Of a stretch of 64,000 bases of DNA, positions 10,081 to 21,689 are shown one piece after another; within the stretch, counting starts at the first letter, position 1; the number at the start of each line of letters is the position of its first letter. The notes beneath the pieces are model-generated. The model saw only the letters and a program-made list of their open reading frames with translations. It was not told where the DNA came from and made no database searches. A program made the translations under genes and the position numbers. This DNA comes from an uncultured Elusimicrobia bacterium (GTDB lineage: Bacteria > Elusimicrobiota > Endomicrobiia > DTEH01): contig CAZLOB010000022.1 in assembly GCA_964561135.1 (NCBI GenBank), positions 5,718 to 69,717 of the forward strand, written 5' to 3'.

Positions 10081-10941
10081 ATGAAAATAATTTTGGCAAA
10101 ATACATTGGGTTCTGTAAAGGTGTCAACAGATGTATATCTTTAGTTGAACAAGAAATTAAAAATGGAAACAAAGTTTATGCATTAGGCGAACTTCTTCAT
10201 AACCAACAAGAAATGAAGAGGTTAGAATCGTTAGGTGTAAAAGTAATAAACGATATTAAAGAATTAAAAAGCGTATTTAAAAACATAAGTTTAATAATTC
10301 GTACTCATGGTATTGAAAAAGAAGTGTATCAACAAATTGTATCAAAAAATGGAATAAAAGTTGTGGATGGTACTTGTCCTATCGTAAAAAAAAATCAGGT
10401 TATTGTTGAAAAATACTCAAAGGAAGGATATAATGTAATAATTTTTGGCGATATTGAACATCCTGAAATAAGAGCGTTAATATCGTATATATCAAATAAT
10501 GTTAAAAAATATGTAGTTTCTTCATTAGAAGATATAAAAAAATTAGACATTAGTTATGACAAACCTATTATTGTAATTTCTCAAACAACCAAACCTGTTG
10601 ATGAATACAAAAAAATATGTGATGTTTTAAAAAGAAAATTCAAAAACGTTAAAATATTTAACACAATCTGTAAAGAAACAATTTTAAGAGAACAAGAGAT
10701 TAAAGATTTATCAAAAAAGGTTCACAAAGTTATAGTTATAGGTGGGAAGAATTCTGCAAATACAAAAAAGTTAATTTCTATTGCAAAAAAATATAACAAT
10801 GAAGTTTTTGCTATAAGCTGTGAAGAAGAAGTAAAGAATCTAAAAATTAATGGTTATGAAACAATTGCAATTTTTTCTGGCGCTTCAACACCAAGATGGT
10901 TGATACAAAAAATTGTTAAAAAAATTGAAACTAAAGTATGA
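10081..10941 (+). CDS. ispH: 4-hydroxy-3-methylbut-2-enyl diphosphate reductase
   Basis: LytB/IspH pattern: GFCKGVNRCI, HNQ, and three conserved Cys (C12, C99 in DGTCPIV, C199 region) with the SxN motif (SANTKKL). Confidence 0.75.
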   Translation: MKIILAKYIGFCKGVNRCISLVEQEIKNGNKVYALGELLHNQQEMKRLESLGVKVINDIKELKSVFKNISLIIRTHGIEKEVYQQIVSKNGIKVVDGTCPIVKKNQVIVEKYSKEGYNVIIFGDIEHPEIRALISYISNNVKKYVVSSLEDIKKLDISYDKPIIVISQTTKPVDEYKKICDVLKRKFKNVKIFNTICKETILREQEIKDLSKKVHKVIVIGGKNSANTKKLISIAKKYNNEVFAISCEEEVKNLKINGYETIAIFSGASTPRWLIQKIVKKIETKV

Positions 10942-11864
10942 ATAAAAACGGTATATTAAACATTTTGTTATTATTGATTATTATTCTTATTGGAACTATT
11001 TTGTTTGCCATCAAATTAATAGATAATAACATTAGAACAACTAAAGATTTAAATTTTGTTTATAACTACAACTTGTATCTATTTAATTTAGAAAACAAAG
11101 AAATTGAAGAGTATATTGAAAAAGTAAGATACAAAATTATTAAAAACATAATACCACTTGTTGTTATTCGTTGTAAATACAATCCTTATAAACACAATTT
11201 ATATTTGTTAGCACAGATGATAGGGGCAAATATAGAATCAATCCGTAGTACAAATTATATAGAAGCTATTGGATTGTTATATCCTGGTAAAGAACTTTTG
11301 TTACATAATAAAAAAGGTATGCTTTATAAAATAAAGCAGGACGATGTTTCAGTAAAAACAATAGCAAAAAAGTTTTCAAAAAGTATAAAACAAATTTGTG
11401 AAATAAATGAAATCCCACCAACTTATGTGTTTAAAAAAGGTGAATATGTTTTTTTACCTGATACATATATAAAATTCAAAGATTTTATGCTACCACTTTT
11501 TAACGCAAAGATTACTTCAAAGTTTGGTTGGCGGAAACATCCAATCTTCGGAATATTAAAGTATCACGAAGGAATTGACTTAAAACAAAAATATGGTGCG
11601 CCAGTAAGAGCAGCAGCTGATGGTAAAGTAATTTTTGCCGGCTGGGCAGAAGGATACGGGAAACTTGTTATACTAAAACATCATAAAGATTATACAACTT
11701 ATTACGGACATTTATCAAAAATACGTGTTAAAGTTGGTCAAAGTGTCTATAAAGGACAAATAATTGGTAATGTTGGGGCAACCGGTTGGACAACAGGTCC
11801 ACACCTACATTTTGAGATAAGAAAAAATGGGATCCCTGTTGATCCTAAAAAAATATTGTTTTAA
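10938..11864 (+). CDS. M23 family metallopeptidase with LysM-like domain and N-terminal membrane anchor
   Basis: M23 motifs HEGIDL and HLHFEI are present. A LysM-like segment (YKIKQDDVSVKTIAKKF...) and an N-terminal TM helix are also seen. Confidence 0.75.
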   Translation: MNKNGILNILLLLIIILIGTILFAIKLIDNNIRTTKDLNFVYNYNLYLFNLENKEIEEYIEKVRYKIIKNIIPLVVIRCKYNPYKHNLYLLAQMIGANIESIRSTNYIEAIGLLYPGKELLLHNKKGMLYKIKQDDVSVKTIAKKFSKSIKQICEINEIPPTYVFKKGEYVFLPDTYIKFKDFMLPLFNAKITSKFGWRKHPIFGILKYHEGIDLKQKYGAPVRAAADGKVIFAGWAEGYGKLVILKHHKDYTTYYGHLSKIRVKVGQSVYKGQIIGNVGATGWTTGPHLHFEIRKNGIPVDPKKILF

Positions 11865-11888
11865 TTATAACAATTTAGGAGGGAGATC

Positions 11889-12203
11889 ATGAAAAAAGGT
11901 ATTCATCCACAATATGTAGAATGTACGGTAACATGTGCCTGTGGATACACTTTCAAAACAAGGTCTACAAAACCTGAGATAAAACTTGAGATATGTGGCA
12001 ATTGTCATCCATATTTTACTGGGAAACAAAAATATGTTGACACTGCTGGTAGAATTGAGAAGTTTATGAAAAAATATGGTGAAAAATTTGATATCACTCA
12101 AAGGAAAAAGAAAACAAAGAAAGAGAAAAAAATAGTTGAGAAAATAAAATCTACTACTGAAAAAATTTTAACAACAAAACCTACTAAGAAAAAGAAAAAA
12201 TAA
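11889..12203 (+). CDS. rpmE: 50S ribosomal protein L31 (zinc-ribbon type) with a lysine-rich C-terminal extension
   Basis: The N-terminus MKKGIHPQY plus CxxC...CxxCHP zinc ribbon is typical L31. The protein is 104 aa with a ~35-aa K-rich tail. A GGAGGG RBS lies upstream. Confidence 0.85.
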   Translation: MKKGIHPQYVECTVTCACGYTFKTRSTKPEIKLEICGNCHPYFTGKQKYVDTAGRIEKFMKKYGEKFDITQRKKKTKKEKKIVEKIKSTTEKILTTKPTKKKKK

Positions 12204-12206
12204 ACT

Positions 12207-13298
12207 ATGTTAGACAAAGAAATAATCAAAAATTGTGAACACTTAATTATAGAAAAAAAAGAGTTAGAACAAAAACTTGCTGATCCTAATATTATTAACA
12301 ACCAACAAGAATATCAAAATATTGTTGCTGAATACAACCGTGTCAACGAAATTGTTTCTGTATACTTACAAATTAAAGATTTGGAAAACAAAGTTGACGA
12401 ACTTAAAAAAGAATTAAAAAGTTCTACTGATACAGAATATAGTATGTTAGTAGAAGAAGAGATTGAAAAGTTGAGTAAAGAAACTGCTGAGTTAGAACAA
12501 AAATTGCTAGACCTTTTTCTACCCGAAGATCCTAACGAGAAAAAGAATGTGATACTTGAGATACGTGCAGGTACAGGCGGTGAAGAAGCAGCGTTGTTTG
12601 CATACGATTTGTTTAGGATGTACAGCAAATATTGTGCTAAAAAAGGCTGGAAAATAGAAGTTTTAGATATCAACCAGACGGAACTTAAAGGAATAAAGGA
12701 AGTTATATGTTATATTTCTGGTAAAGATGTATACAAATATTTACAGTTTGAAAGTGGAGTACATAGGGTTCAACGTGTACCTATAACAGAATCTTCCGGT
12801 AGAATCCACACTTCAGCTGCAACTGTTGCTGTTTTACCAGAAGCAGAAGATGTTGAGATAGAAATAAAACCTGACGATATTGAGATAGAAACATTTCGTG
12901 CTTCAGGTCATGGAGGACAACACTTACAAAAAACTGAATCTGCAGTAAGGATACGGCATAAACCAACAGGTATTGTTGTTCAATGTCAAGACGAACGTTC
13001 ACAATTAAAGAACCGTGAACGCGCATTAAAAATTTTAAAAGCAAGATTGTACGACTTAAAACTACAACAGCAACAACAAGAAATTGCTAAGTTAAGAAAA
13101 TCACAGGTAAAATCTGGAGACAGGTCTGAAAAAATACGGACATACAATTTTCCACAAAACCGTGTAACTGATCATAGAATAAATTTAACTTTATATAATT
13201 TACAAGAAGTTCTAGATGGTGAGTTAGACGAGATTATTGACAATTTAATCAAAGTTAGGCTGAAAGAAAAAATTGCTGAGTTTCTTTATAACAAATGA
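12207..13298 (+). CDS. prfA: Peptide chain release factor 1
   Basis: The PxT-region and GGQ motif ([11 protein letters not shown]) are present with RF1-class overall similarity, and prmC follows. Confidence 0.9.
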   Translation: MLDKEIIKNCEHLIIEKKELEQKLADPNIINNQQEYQNIVAEYNRVNEIVSVYLQIKDLENKVDELKKELKSSTDTEYSMLVEEEIEKLSKETAELEQKLLDLFLPEDPNEKKNVILEIRAGTGGEEAALFAYDLFRMYSKYCAKKGWKIEVLDINQTELKGIKEVICYISGKDVYKYLQFESGVHRVQRVPITESSGRIHTSAATVAVLPEAEDVEIEIKPDDIEIETFRASGHGGQHLQKTESAVRIRHKPTGIVVQCQDERSQLKNRERALKILKARLYDLKLQQQQQEIAKLRKSQVKSGDRSEKIRTYNFPQNRVTDHRINLTLYNLQEVLDGELDEIIDNLIKVRLKEKIAEFLYNK

Positions 13299-14140
13299 AC
13301 ACGATAAACGAAATTTATATTGATATATACAACAAACTGAAAAACTTTACTTCAGCACGTATTGAAACAGAACTGATTATATCAAAAACTTTAAATTTAG
13401 ATAAAATAAAAATTTATGTTTATCCTGAAAAAAAACTTAACGAAAAAGAACTTAAGTTGATTTATAAAAATCTTAACTTGAGGCTAAATCGTATACCACT
13501 TGAATATATATTTTGTGAAAAAGAATTTTTTGGTTTTAATTTTTATGTTGACAAAAACGTTTTGATACCACGGCAAGAAACAGAGTTTTTAGTAGAGGAA
13601 GCAATTAAGTTAATATCTTGTTACAAACTTAAAAAAATAGCTGACATTGGTACTGGTTGTGGTAATATCGCGATAAGTATCATTAAAAACATACAAACAA
13701 AAATCAAAATATATGCTACAGATATTTCAAAAGAAGCGATAAATGTCGCAAAAAAGAATGCAACGATGCATAATGTTTTAAACAAAATAGAGTTTGTTTT
13801 AACTGATAAACTAAAATATTTTTTAGATAATTCTATTATATTAGACATGATTGTTTCAAACCCGCCATATGTTACTGAAGAAGAGTATAAAAATCTTCAG
13901 CCAGAGATATATTATGAACCAAAAATTGCGTTAGTTTCGCCGACAGGGTTAGAATTTTATTCATATTTTGCCAAACATAGTAAAAAAGTTTTAAAAGAAA
14001 ATGGATTTTTAGTACTTGAATTGAACCCGAATTTATACAAAGAAATTTGCAACATATTTAAAGAAAATAAATTTTGTATTTATAAAACTATTTATGATTA
14101 CCAAAATCTACCACGTGTTATTGTAGTAAAAAACAATTAG
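13295..14140 (+). CDS. prmC: Release factor glutamine N5-methyltransferase PrmC (HemK)
   Basis: The SAM-binding motif [12 protein letters not shown] and the NPPY motif (SNPPYV) are present. It is translationally coupled to prfA (ATGA overlap). Confidence 0.8.
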   Translation: MNTINEIYIDIYNKLKNFTSARIETELIISKTLNLDKIKIYVYPEKKLNEKELKLIYKNLNLRLNRIPLEYIFCEKEFFGFNFYVDKNVLIPRQETEFLVEEAIKLISCYKLKKIADIGTGCGNIAISIIKNIQTKIKIYATDISKEAINVAKKNATMHNVLNKIEFVLTDKLKYFLDNSIILDMIVSNPPYVTEEEYKNLQPEIYYEPKIALVSPTGLEFYSYFAKHSKKVLKENGFLVLELNPNLYKEICNIFKENKFCIYKTIYDYQNLPRVIVVKNN

Positions 14141-14144
14141 TTTT

Positions 14145-15428
14145 ATGGAAAAATATATAATTGAAGGTGGATACAGGTTACAAGGAAAAATAACTATCTC
14201 TGGTTCAAAAAATGCTTCATTACCTATCCTTATTGCTACATTATTAACAGATAACAAAGTTGTCCTTCATAATATACCAAAGTTGAAGGATGTTGAGACA
14301 ACAATTTCAATAATAGAATTTTTAGGGAAAAAAGTTATTTGGCAAAACAATTCCACATTAGTTGTTACACAAAACAAATCGCCAATAAAAGAAAAAGATT
14401 TTGTTGTAGCACCATATGAACTAATAAAAAAAATGAGGGCAAGTTTTCTTGTCTCAGGTGCGTTATTAGCAAATTATGAGAAAGTTAAGACAGCTTTACC
14501 AGGCGGATGTGCAATAGGTGTCCGCCCTGTTGATATTCATATTAAAGCTTTTGAAGATTTAGGTATTGAACATTATATAGATTCTGGATATGAAGTTTTT
14601 ATAAAGAAAAAAAACATACCTAAAAAAAGAGTGATAAAATTTCGTTATCCATCAGTTGGTGCTACAGAAAATGTTTTAATGTTTTTATCAAAAGTACCAA
14701 AACAAGTTACAATAGTAAACGCTGCGTGCGAACCTGAAATTGTAGACTTAGCAAACTTTTTAAAAAAATTAGGTGTAGAAATTGAAGGTGCAGGAACACA
14801 TGTTATAAAAGTTGTTGGTTGTAAAAAATTCATCTCAGGTGATATTGAACATACTGTAATACCTGACAGGATTGAAGCAGGAACATTTATTATAGCAGCA
14901 GCAATAACAAAAGGTGAAATAGAACTTTATAACATTCAACCTCAACATCTTACTTTTGTAATAAATAAATTGCGCAAGTGCGGATTAACAATTGAATTAG
15001 AAGATAACAAAATATATGTAGTATGGAAAAAAAACTTAAAGCCACAAAATATCATAACACGCCCTTACCCATATTTTCCAACAGACCTACAAGCACAATA
15101 TATGGCACTTATGTGTACATTAAAAGGAAGTTGTATAATAAAAGAAACTATTTTTGAGAATAGGTTTCTGCATGTTGGTGAACTTCTTCGTATGGGTGCA
15201 AACATCGTTGTTGAAGACCGAAAAGCAATAATTTATGGTGTTGAAAAACTTAAAGGTGCGGAGGTAATGGTTTCTGATTTAAGGGCAGGTGCTGGATTGG
15301 TATTAGCAGCGCTTGCAGCCGAAGGTATCTCAAAAATATCTCATATTTACCACCTTGATCGCGGATATGAAAAATTAGAAGAAAAAATTTCATCTTTAGG
15401 AGGAAAAATAAAACGTATTGATGAATAA
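14145..15428 (+). CDS. murA: UDP-N-acetylglucosamine 1-carboxyvinyltransferase
   Basis: MurA motifs are ISGSKNASLP, the catalytic Cys loop (LPGGCAIGVRPVDIH) and FPTDLQAQ. Length is 427 aa. Confidence 0.85.
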   Translation: MEKYIIEGGYRLQGKITISGSKNASLPILIATLLTDNKVVLHNIPKLKDVETTISIIEFLGKKVIWQNNSTLVVTQNKSPIKEKDFVVAPYELIKKMRASFLVSGALLANYEKVKTALPGGCAIGVRPVDIHIKAFEDLGIEHYIDSGYEVFIKKKNIPKKRVIKFRYPSVGATENVLMFLSKVPKQVTIVNAACEPEIVDLANFLKKLGVEIEGAGTHVIKVVGCKKFISGDIEHTVIPDRIEAGTFIIAAAITKGEIELYNIQPQHLTFVINKLRKCGLTIELEDNKIYVVWKKNLKPQNIITRPYPYFPTDLQAQYMALMCTLKGSCIIKETIFENRFLHVGELLRMGANIVVEDRKAIIYGVEKLKGAEVMVSDLRAGAGLVLAALAAEGISKISHIYHLDRGYEKLEEKISSLGGKIKRIDE

Positions 15429-16611
15429 CCAAGATATATCTTTAAAAGTAAAAAAAATAATAGAAGATGTTAAAAAATATGGTGACACTGCAATTTTAAA
15501 ATACACACGATTGTTTGATGGTATCAAAAATTTTTCATTAAAAGATATAAAAGTAGAAATCAAAAATTTGCCAAAAATAGACGATGTATTGTTTAAACGT
15601 TCAATAACTTTTGCAATCAATAATGTTAAAAAGTTTCATCAAGCTGAATTAAGAAATATAAAAAAGTTTTGGTTAACAAAATATAACAACATTGTTGCTG
15701 GCCAAAAATTGTTGCCAGTGGAATCTGTTGGTATTTATATACCTGGTGGAAGATATGGGTATAATTATGTTTCAACATTAATTATGACAGTGATACCGGC
15801 ACAAGTTGCAAATGTTAAAAAAATTGTTGTTGTAACACCACCTAAAAATGTCACAAATTATTTTTTATACACTGCTTATTTGTTAAAAATAAAAGAAATT
15901 TACAAAATTGGTGGAGCACAAGCTATCGCTGCGTTAGCGTTCGGTACAGAAACTATACCAAAAGTTGATTTAATAATAGGTCCTGGTAATATTTGGGTAA
16001 GCGAAGCAAAAAGACAACTTGTAGGTTTTGTTGGTATAGATCTTATTGCTGGACCTTCAGAAGTTGTTGTTGTAGCAGATAATTCTTATCCTGTAGAACC
16101 AATTGCTTATGAATTACTTGCTCAAGCTGAACATGACAAAAATGCAAAAAGTTATTTATTAGCATTTGACCAATCTATAATTGAGAAAGTTAAAAATTAT
16201 GTTTTATCAAATGCGAAAGAATTAATTTCACAAATACAATTTAAATATGTTAAAGATATCAACTCTGTAGTAAGTATAATCAATCAAATTGCGCCTGAAC
16301 ATTTGACTTTGTTCACAAAAAAACAAAATTTTATTTTACCAAAGATAAAAAATGTTGGGGCAATATTTTTTGGCAATAATCCTTCAGCAGTTTTCGGCGA
16401 TTATATTGCAGGACCTTCACATGTCCTACCAACAGATACTACAGCAAGATTTTCTTCTGGTTTGTCAGTATTGACTTTTTTAAAAAAAATTAGTTTAATT
16501 AATTTTTCTGTTAACACAACAAAAATGTTGTCAAAATATACTTCTAAACTTGCAGAAATTGAGGGGATGTATTGGCATAAAAAAAGAGTAGATTATGGCA
16601 AGGAAAGTTAA
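15418..16611 (+). CDS. hisD: Histidinol dehydrogenase
   Basis: HisD-family features: GGAQAIAALAFGTETIP, a conserved His-containing region QAEHD, and zinc-ligand regions. Confidence 0.8.
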   Translation: MMNNQDISLKVKKIIEDVKKYGDTAILKYTRLFDGIKNFSLKDIKVEIKNLPKIDDVLFKRSITFAINNVKKFHQAELRNIKKFWLTKYNNIVAGQKLLPVESVGIYIPGGRYGYNYVSTLIMTVIPAQVANVKKIVVVTPPKNVTNYFLYTAYLLKIKEIYKIGGAQAIAALAFGTETIPKVDLIIGPGNIWVSEAKRQLVGFVGIDLIAGPSEVVVVADNSYPVEPIAYELLAQAEHDKNAKSYLLAFDQSIIEKVKNYVLSNAKELISQIQFKYVKDINSVVSIINQIAPEHLTLFTKKQNFILPKIKNVGAIFFGNNPSAVFGDYIAGPSHVLPTDTTARFSSGLSVLTFLKKISLINFSVNTTKMLSKYTSKLAEIEGMYWHKKRVDYGKES

Positions 16612-17182
16612 ATTACAAAGAGTAACAAAAGAAACAAAAGTTAAATTAGAACTTAATTTAGATGGTAAAGGAAAATATAAAATTTATACTTCCATACCTT
16701 TTTTAGACCATATGTTGGAACAATTTAGTTTACACAGCGGGTTTGACCTATATCTTGTAGCATCTGGCGATATTTATATTGATGACCATCATCTTGTTGA
16801 GGATATAGGTATTGTATTAGGTCAGGCTTTTTTAAAAGCATTAAAAGATAAAAAAGGTATTCTACGATATGGACAAATTTTATCTCCGATGGACGAATCT
16901 TTATCTTACATTGTTGTTGACATTTCAGGCAGACCATATCTAGATTATAAAGTAAAGTTTTTACCTGAATATAAAAAATCGTCTTTTGATTACAGGTTAA
17001 TAAAAGAGTTTTTTAAATCTTTTGTTAACGAAGCAAAGATTACATTACATATAAAACTTCTTCAAGGAAAAGATAATCACCATATATGTGAATCAATTTT
17101 CAAAGGTGTAGCACGTGTATTGAAAAATGCTGTACAATTAAGTAAAAATAAAAATTTGTTATCTACAAAAGGAATTATATAA
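16595..17182 (+). CDS. hisB: Imidazoleglycerol-phosphate dehydratase
   Basis: Duplicated IGPD motifs are present (DHHLVEDIGIVLGQA ... NHHICESIFKGVARVL). It overlaps the hisD end. Confidence 0.8.
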   Translation: MARKVKLQRVTKETKVKLELNLDGKGKYKIYTSIPFLDHMLEQFSLHSGFDLYLVASGDIYIDDHHLVEDIGIVLGQAFLKALKDKKGILRYGQILSPMDESLSYIVVDISGRPYLDYKVKFLPEYKKSSFDYRLIKEFFKSFVNEAKITLHIKLLQGKDNHHICESIFKGVARVLKNAVQLSKNKNLLSTKGII

Positions 17183-17185
17183 TTA

Positions 17186-18769
17186 ATGAAGAAAAAAATA
17201 GAAATTTTTGATACAACATTACGCGATGGTGCACAAACACCGTCAGTAAGTTTTTCTGTCTCAGACAAAATTAAAATAGCAAAACTTTTAGATGAACTCG
17301 GTGTTGACTATATAGAAGGGGGTTGGCCTGGAAGTAACCCTAAAGATATAGAATTTTTTAAACAAGCAAAAAATTTAAAACTTAAAACTGCAAAAATTGT
17401 TGCTTTTGGTTCTACAAGAAGAAAAAATATAAAACCATATGAAGATCAAAACCTTGCTGCAATAATTTCTTCAGGTGTATCCATTGCATGTATTTTTGGT
17501 AAAACATGGCGATTACATGTAGAAAAAGCTTTAGAAACAACATTGCAAGAAAATCTTAAAATGATTTATGATTCTATAAAATTTCTAAAAGAACACAAAC
17601 TTAAAGTAATATATGACGCAGAACATTTTTTTGACGGTTATAAATCAGACAGAAATTATGCGTTAAAATGTTTGTTGACAGCATATCAAGCAGGGGCTGA
17701 TTGTCTTGTGTTAGCAGACACAAACGGTGGTTCTCTTCCAACAGAAGTGAAACAAATTGTATCTGAGGTTATAAATTTTTTGAAAACTAAAAATATAAAA
17801 GTAAAACTTGGAATACATGCACATAACGATTCTGACTGTGCTGTAGCGAATACTATTGTAGCTGTTGAAAGTGGTTGTGAACATGTTCAAGGGACAATAA
17901 ATGGTTTAGGTGAACGTTGTGGTAATGCAAACCTTTGTTCAGTGATTCCTGCGTTAATGCTTAAACTTAACTACGATGTTATACCTAAAGAAAATCTTAA
18001 AAAACTTACTGAAATATCGTTAGAAATTTACGAAATTGCTAATCTTATACCTAATGATAGACAACCATATGTTGGTAGGTCAGCTTTTGCTCATAAAGGA
18101 GGTGTTCATGCGTCAGCTGTTGCAAAAGATGTTCGTTCGTATGAACATATAAATCCTGAACTTGTAGGTAATAAACGAAAAATTTTAATCTCAGAACTTG
18201 CTGGTAAGTCAAGTTTGTTATTCTACAAAAAATTTTTAGATTTAGAGATAACCGAAGAAGAAATTGCTAAGATTATAAAAGTTGTTAAACAAAAAGAGTA
18301 TGATGGATATTCATATGAAAATGCTGAAGGATCATTTTTAATTTTAACTGCGAAAGTTCTTAACAGATACAAAGATTTCTTTAAAGTAAAAGGATTTAGA
18401 GTTATCATAGAATACAAAGAAGAAAAAAATGAAATTGTAACAGAAGCAACATTAAAACTTGAAATTGATGGTAACCAAGAACATGTTGTAGCTGAAGGTG
18501 ATGGTCCAGTAAACGCGTTGGATAACGCTTTAAGAAAAGCGTTAATAAAATATTATCCATCATTAAAAGAAGTAAAACTTACTGATTTTAAAGTACGTGT
18601 GGTAAATCCTCAAGCAGGTACTGCTGCAAAAGTACGTGTTAGTATTGAATCAATGGCAAAAAATGAATTGTGGTCAACAGTTGGTGTTTCAGAAAATATT
18701 ATAGAAGCTTCATGGGAAGCGTTGCGTGATGCTGTAGAATATTATCTGTTTAAAAAATCTAAACAATGA
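17186..18769 (+). CDS. cimA: Citramalate synthase / 2-isopropylmalate synthase family enzyme (likely (R)-citramalate synthase)
   Basis: A DRE-TIM barrel N-terminus (IFDTTLRDGAQ, HAHND) is joined to a C-terminal LeuA-dimer regulatory domain. The ~527-aa length is typical of CimA, and it is clustered with ilvD/ilvB. Confidence 0.65.
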   Translation: MKKKIEIFDTTLRDGAQTPSVSFSVSDKIKIAKLLDELGVDYIEGGWPGSNPKDIEFFKQAKNLKLKTAKIVAFGSTRRKNIKPYEDQNLAAIISSGVSIACIFGKTWRLHVEKALETTLQENLKMIYDSIKFLKEHKLKVIYDAEHFFDGYKSDRNYALKCLLTAYQAGADCLVLADTNGGSLPTEVKQIVSEVINFLKTKNIKVKLGIHAHNDSDCAVANTIVAVESGCEHVQGTINGLGERCGNANLCSVIPALMLKLNYDVIPKENLKKLTEISLEIYEIANLIPNDRQPYVGRSAFAHKGGVHASAVAKDVRSYEHINPELVGNKRKILISELAGKSSLLFYKKFLDLEITEEEIAKIIKVVKQKEYDGYSYENAEGSFLILTAKVLNRYKDFFKVKGFRVIIEYKEEKNEIVTEATLKLEIDGNQEHVVAEGDGPVNALDNALRKALIKYYPSLKEVKLTDFKVRVVNPQAGTAAKVRVSIESMAKNELWSTVGVSENIIEASWEALRDAVEYYLFKKSKQ

Positions 18770-18870
18770 AATTTCATTTTCAACTTTAACTTATAAATTT
18801 TTGCGTGTTAATTCTAAGAGCGATTTTTATATTATTTTCATTAAAATTTTCATAAAGAGGGGAACTAAAT

Positions 18871-20595
18871 ATGAAAAGGGGGAGAAAAAAGAAAGTTTTA
18901 CCACTAAAACCTATTGAGTTAATAAGTAACCAAATAAAAAAATCTCCAACCAGAGCGCCACACAGGGCACTTTTATATGCCACAGGTATTTCTTCATCAG
19001 ATTTATCCAAACCTTTTATTGGCATAGCGTCAGCATATAGCGATATTGTACCAGGTCATATACACCTTCGTGAGCTTGAACGATGGATTGAACGAGGTGT
19101 TGCAGAAGCAGGTGGTGTACCATTTGTCTTCGGTATACCAGGCATATGTGATGGTATTGCGATGGGTCATAGTGGTATGCATTATTCATTACCTTCAAGA
19201 GAACTTATTGCTGATTCTATTGAATCTATGGTAAAAGCACATTGCTTTGATGGTATTGTGTTGTTAACCAACTGTGACAAAATTACGCCTGGGATGATTA
19301 TGGGTGCAGTAAGAGTAAACGTTAACATACCAATGATAGTTGTGACAGGCGGTCCGATGCTTGCTGGATATTATAAAGGTAAAAGAAGATCGTTAGTAAG
19401 AGACACTTTTGAAGCTGTAGGCCTTTATGAAGCAGGCAAAATTTCGTTAGAAGAACTATACCAGCTTGAATGTGCAGCATGTCCAACAGCAGGTTCCTGC
19501 CAAGGACTTTATACTGCGAACACAATGGCATGTTTGTCTGAAGCAATGGGTTTATCATTACCATATTGTGCGACAACACCAGCTGTCTCTGCAGAGAAAA
19601 AACGTATTGCTTATGAATCAGGTAAACGTATTGTACAAATGGTTTATGAAAACTTAACTCCGTTAAAAATTTTGTCTTATAACTCAATTTATAACGCAAT
19701 TGTAGTTGATGCTGCACTCGGTGGTTCAACAAATACTATATTACATCTAAAAGCTATCGCATATGAAGCAGGGATTAGATTTGATTTAAAACTTTTTGAC
19801 GATGTTTCAAAAATTGTACCAAATATAGTAAGATTAGAACCCGCTGGTGATTATTATATGGAAGATCTACATAAAGCTGGCGGAATACCAGCGGTACTAA
19901 ACGTTTTACAAAAGTATCTCAAAAGTGCACTCACTGTTACAGGAAAAAATATTCTTGAGATTGCAAGTTTAGGAAAAGTTGAAGATGAAGAAATTATACG
20001 GTATAAAAACCCTTATTCTACTGAAGGTGGTTTAGCTATATTGTATGGCAACCTTGCACCAGAAGGTGCTGTAGTTAAACAATCAGCTGTTTTACCAAAT
20101 ATGAGGAAATTTGTTGGTCCTGCAGTAGTGTTTGATTCTGAACAATCTGCTATGAACGCTATTTTGAACAAAAAAATTAAAAAAGGTGATGTTATAGTGA
20201 TACGTTATGAAGGTCCTAAAGGTGGGCCAGGAATGAGGGAGATGTTAGGTCCTACAAGTGTTATTCAAGGAATGGGATTAGCTGATAAAGTAGCTTTAAT
20301 CACTGATGGTAGGTTCTCAGGTGGCACTCGGGGGCCGTGTATCGGCCATGTTTCACCTGAAGCTGCTGCTGGTGGACCTATTGGTGTGATCCAAAATGGT
20401 GATATAATCGAAATTGATATTCCAAACAGAAAACTTAATGTTCGTCTTACTGATACAGAACTTAACTCAAGGTTAGCAAAGTTTCAAGGTGAGCTTGAAA
20501 CAAGAGAAAAAAAGTTTAAAACAGGTTGGCTTGCAAGATATGTTGAATTTGTTACTTCTGCATCTGAAGGTGCTGTGTTAAAACCTAGAAAATGA
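18871..20595 (+). CDS. ilvD: Dihydroxy-acid dehydratase
   Basis: IlvD/EDD-family motifs are [23 protein letters not shown] and SGGT. An AGAGGGG RBS lies upstream. Confidence 0.85.
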   Translation: MKRGRKKKVLPLKPIELISNQIKKSPTRAPHRALLYATGISSSDLSKPFIGIASAYSDIVPGHIHLRELERWIERGVAEAGGVPFVFGIPGICDGIAMGHSGMHYSLPSRELIADSIESMVKAHCFDGIVLLTNCDKITPGMIMGAVRVNVNIPMIVVTGGPMLAGYYKGKRRSLVRDTFEAVGLYEAGKISLEELYQLECAACPTAGSCQGLYTANTMACLSEAMGLSLPYCATTPAVSAEKKRIAYESGKRIVQMVYENLTPLKILSYNSIYNAIVVDAALGGSTNTILHLKAIAYEAGIRFDLKLFDDVSKIVPNIVRLEPAGDYYMEDLHKAGGIPAVLNVLQKYLKSALTVTGKNILEIASLGKVEDEEIIRYKNPYSTEGGLAILYGNLAPEGAVVKQSAVLPNMRKFVGPAVVFDSEQSAMNAILNKKIKKGDVIVIRYEGPKGGPGMREMLGPTSVIQGMGLADKVALITDGRFSGGTRGPCIGHVSPEAAAGGPIGVIQNGDIIEIDIPNRKLNVRLTDTELNSRLAKFQGELETREKKFKTGWLARYVEFVTSASEGAVLKPRK

Positions 20596-21680
20596 AAGTT
20601 GTGCAATGGAATACAGCAAAAGTGTTAGGCGGCGCTGAATTAAGAACATTAGAACTTACAAAAGCTTTAATAAAAAAAGGTCATCAGGTATATATAATCT
20701 GTAGAAAGAATTCGTTCTTTGAAAATAAATTAAAACAAGAGCATATGAATATTATAGCTTACAAAAATCCATTTGTGGGATTCATTAAAATCTTAGTCTT
20801 TCTAAAAAATTGGAAACCAGATATTATTCATGTGCACTCAGGGAAAGATTATGCCATATCTATAATTCTAGGTATGTTAAACTCAATACCTGTTGTGATA
20901 CACAGGCGTCTTATGTCAAAAGTAAACCCAATAACTAAGTTTTTAATAAATAATTGGAAGACAAAAATTATCGCTATTTCAAAGGCTACAAAAGAAATTT
21001 TAATAAAAGAAAATAAATTTGAGGAAGAAAAAATAGAACTCGTATATAACGCAATACCACAAGAAAGATTAAAGTTTGACTCAGATAAAATAATCCAACT
21101 TCAACATCATTTTGATAAAAAAAATAAAAAAATTGATTTAAGTGTAGGTAATCTTTATCCTACAAAAGGATTTGAAGAATTAATAAAAGTTGCAAAAATC
21201 TTAAAAGAAAAAATAAAAAACTTGCTTGTTTTAATTGCTGGGGAGGGTGAAGAAAGAAAAAAATTGGAAAAATTAATAATCCAATACAATTTGTCTGACA
21301 CAGTTAAACTTTTAGGATTTAGGAATGATGTTATAGAATTGTTAAAAATTTGTGATTGTTTTGTATTGTTATCATATGAGGAACCTTTTGGAGTAGCATT
21401 TATTGAAGCGCTAGGGTGTGGGAAACCAGTGGTAGGGTATCGATGTGGTGGTCTCCCTGAGATAATTGCTGATAACGAAGTCGGGTATTTGGTTGAACCA
21501 CACGATATTAATGCTGTATGTGAAAAGTTAGAAAAAATTTTGCTTGATGAAGAACTTGCTAAAAAATTGGGCACAAACGCGAAAAGATATTTTGATTGTA
21601 AATTTAGTTTTAATAATATGATTGAAAAAATTGAAAATATATTCTACGAATTAAAAAATTTGACTAACAATAAGGAGTAA
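20592..21680 (+). CDS. Glycosyltransferase family 4 (GT-B, RfaB-like)
   Basis: The GT4 C-terminal signature is [25 protein letters not shown]. It is inserted between ilvD and ilvB. Confidence 0.7.
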   Translation: MKVVQWNTAKVLGGAELRTLELTKALIKKGHQVYIICRKNSFFENKLKQEHMNIIAYKNPFVGFIKILVFLKNWKPDIIHVHSGKDYAISIILGMLNSIPVVIHRRLMSKVNPITKFLINNWKTKIIAISKATKEILIKENKFEEEKIELVYNAIPQERLKFDSDKIIQLQHHFDKKNKKIDLSVGNLYPTKGFEELIKVAKILKEKIKNLLVLIAGEGEERKKLEKLIIQYNLSDTVKLLGFRNDVIELLKICDCFVLLSYEEPFGVAFIEALGCGKPVVGYRCGGLPEIIADNEVGYLVEPHDINAVCEKLEKILLDEELAKKLGTNAKRYFDCKFSFNNMIEKIENIFYELKNLTNNKE

Positions 21681-21689
21681 GAATTAGCA

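Noticed and set aside
12098-12203. Lysine-codon-rich stretch at the rpmE 3' end as a possible repeat or low-complexity mobile remnant
   Set aside because: It is in frame with rpmE and encodes a coherent K-rich tail, with no direct or inverted repeat structure.
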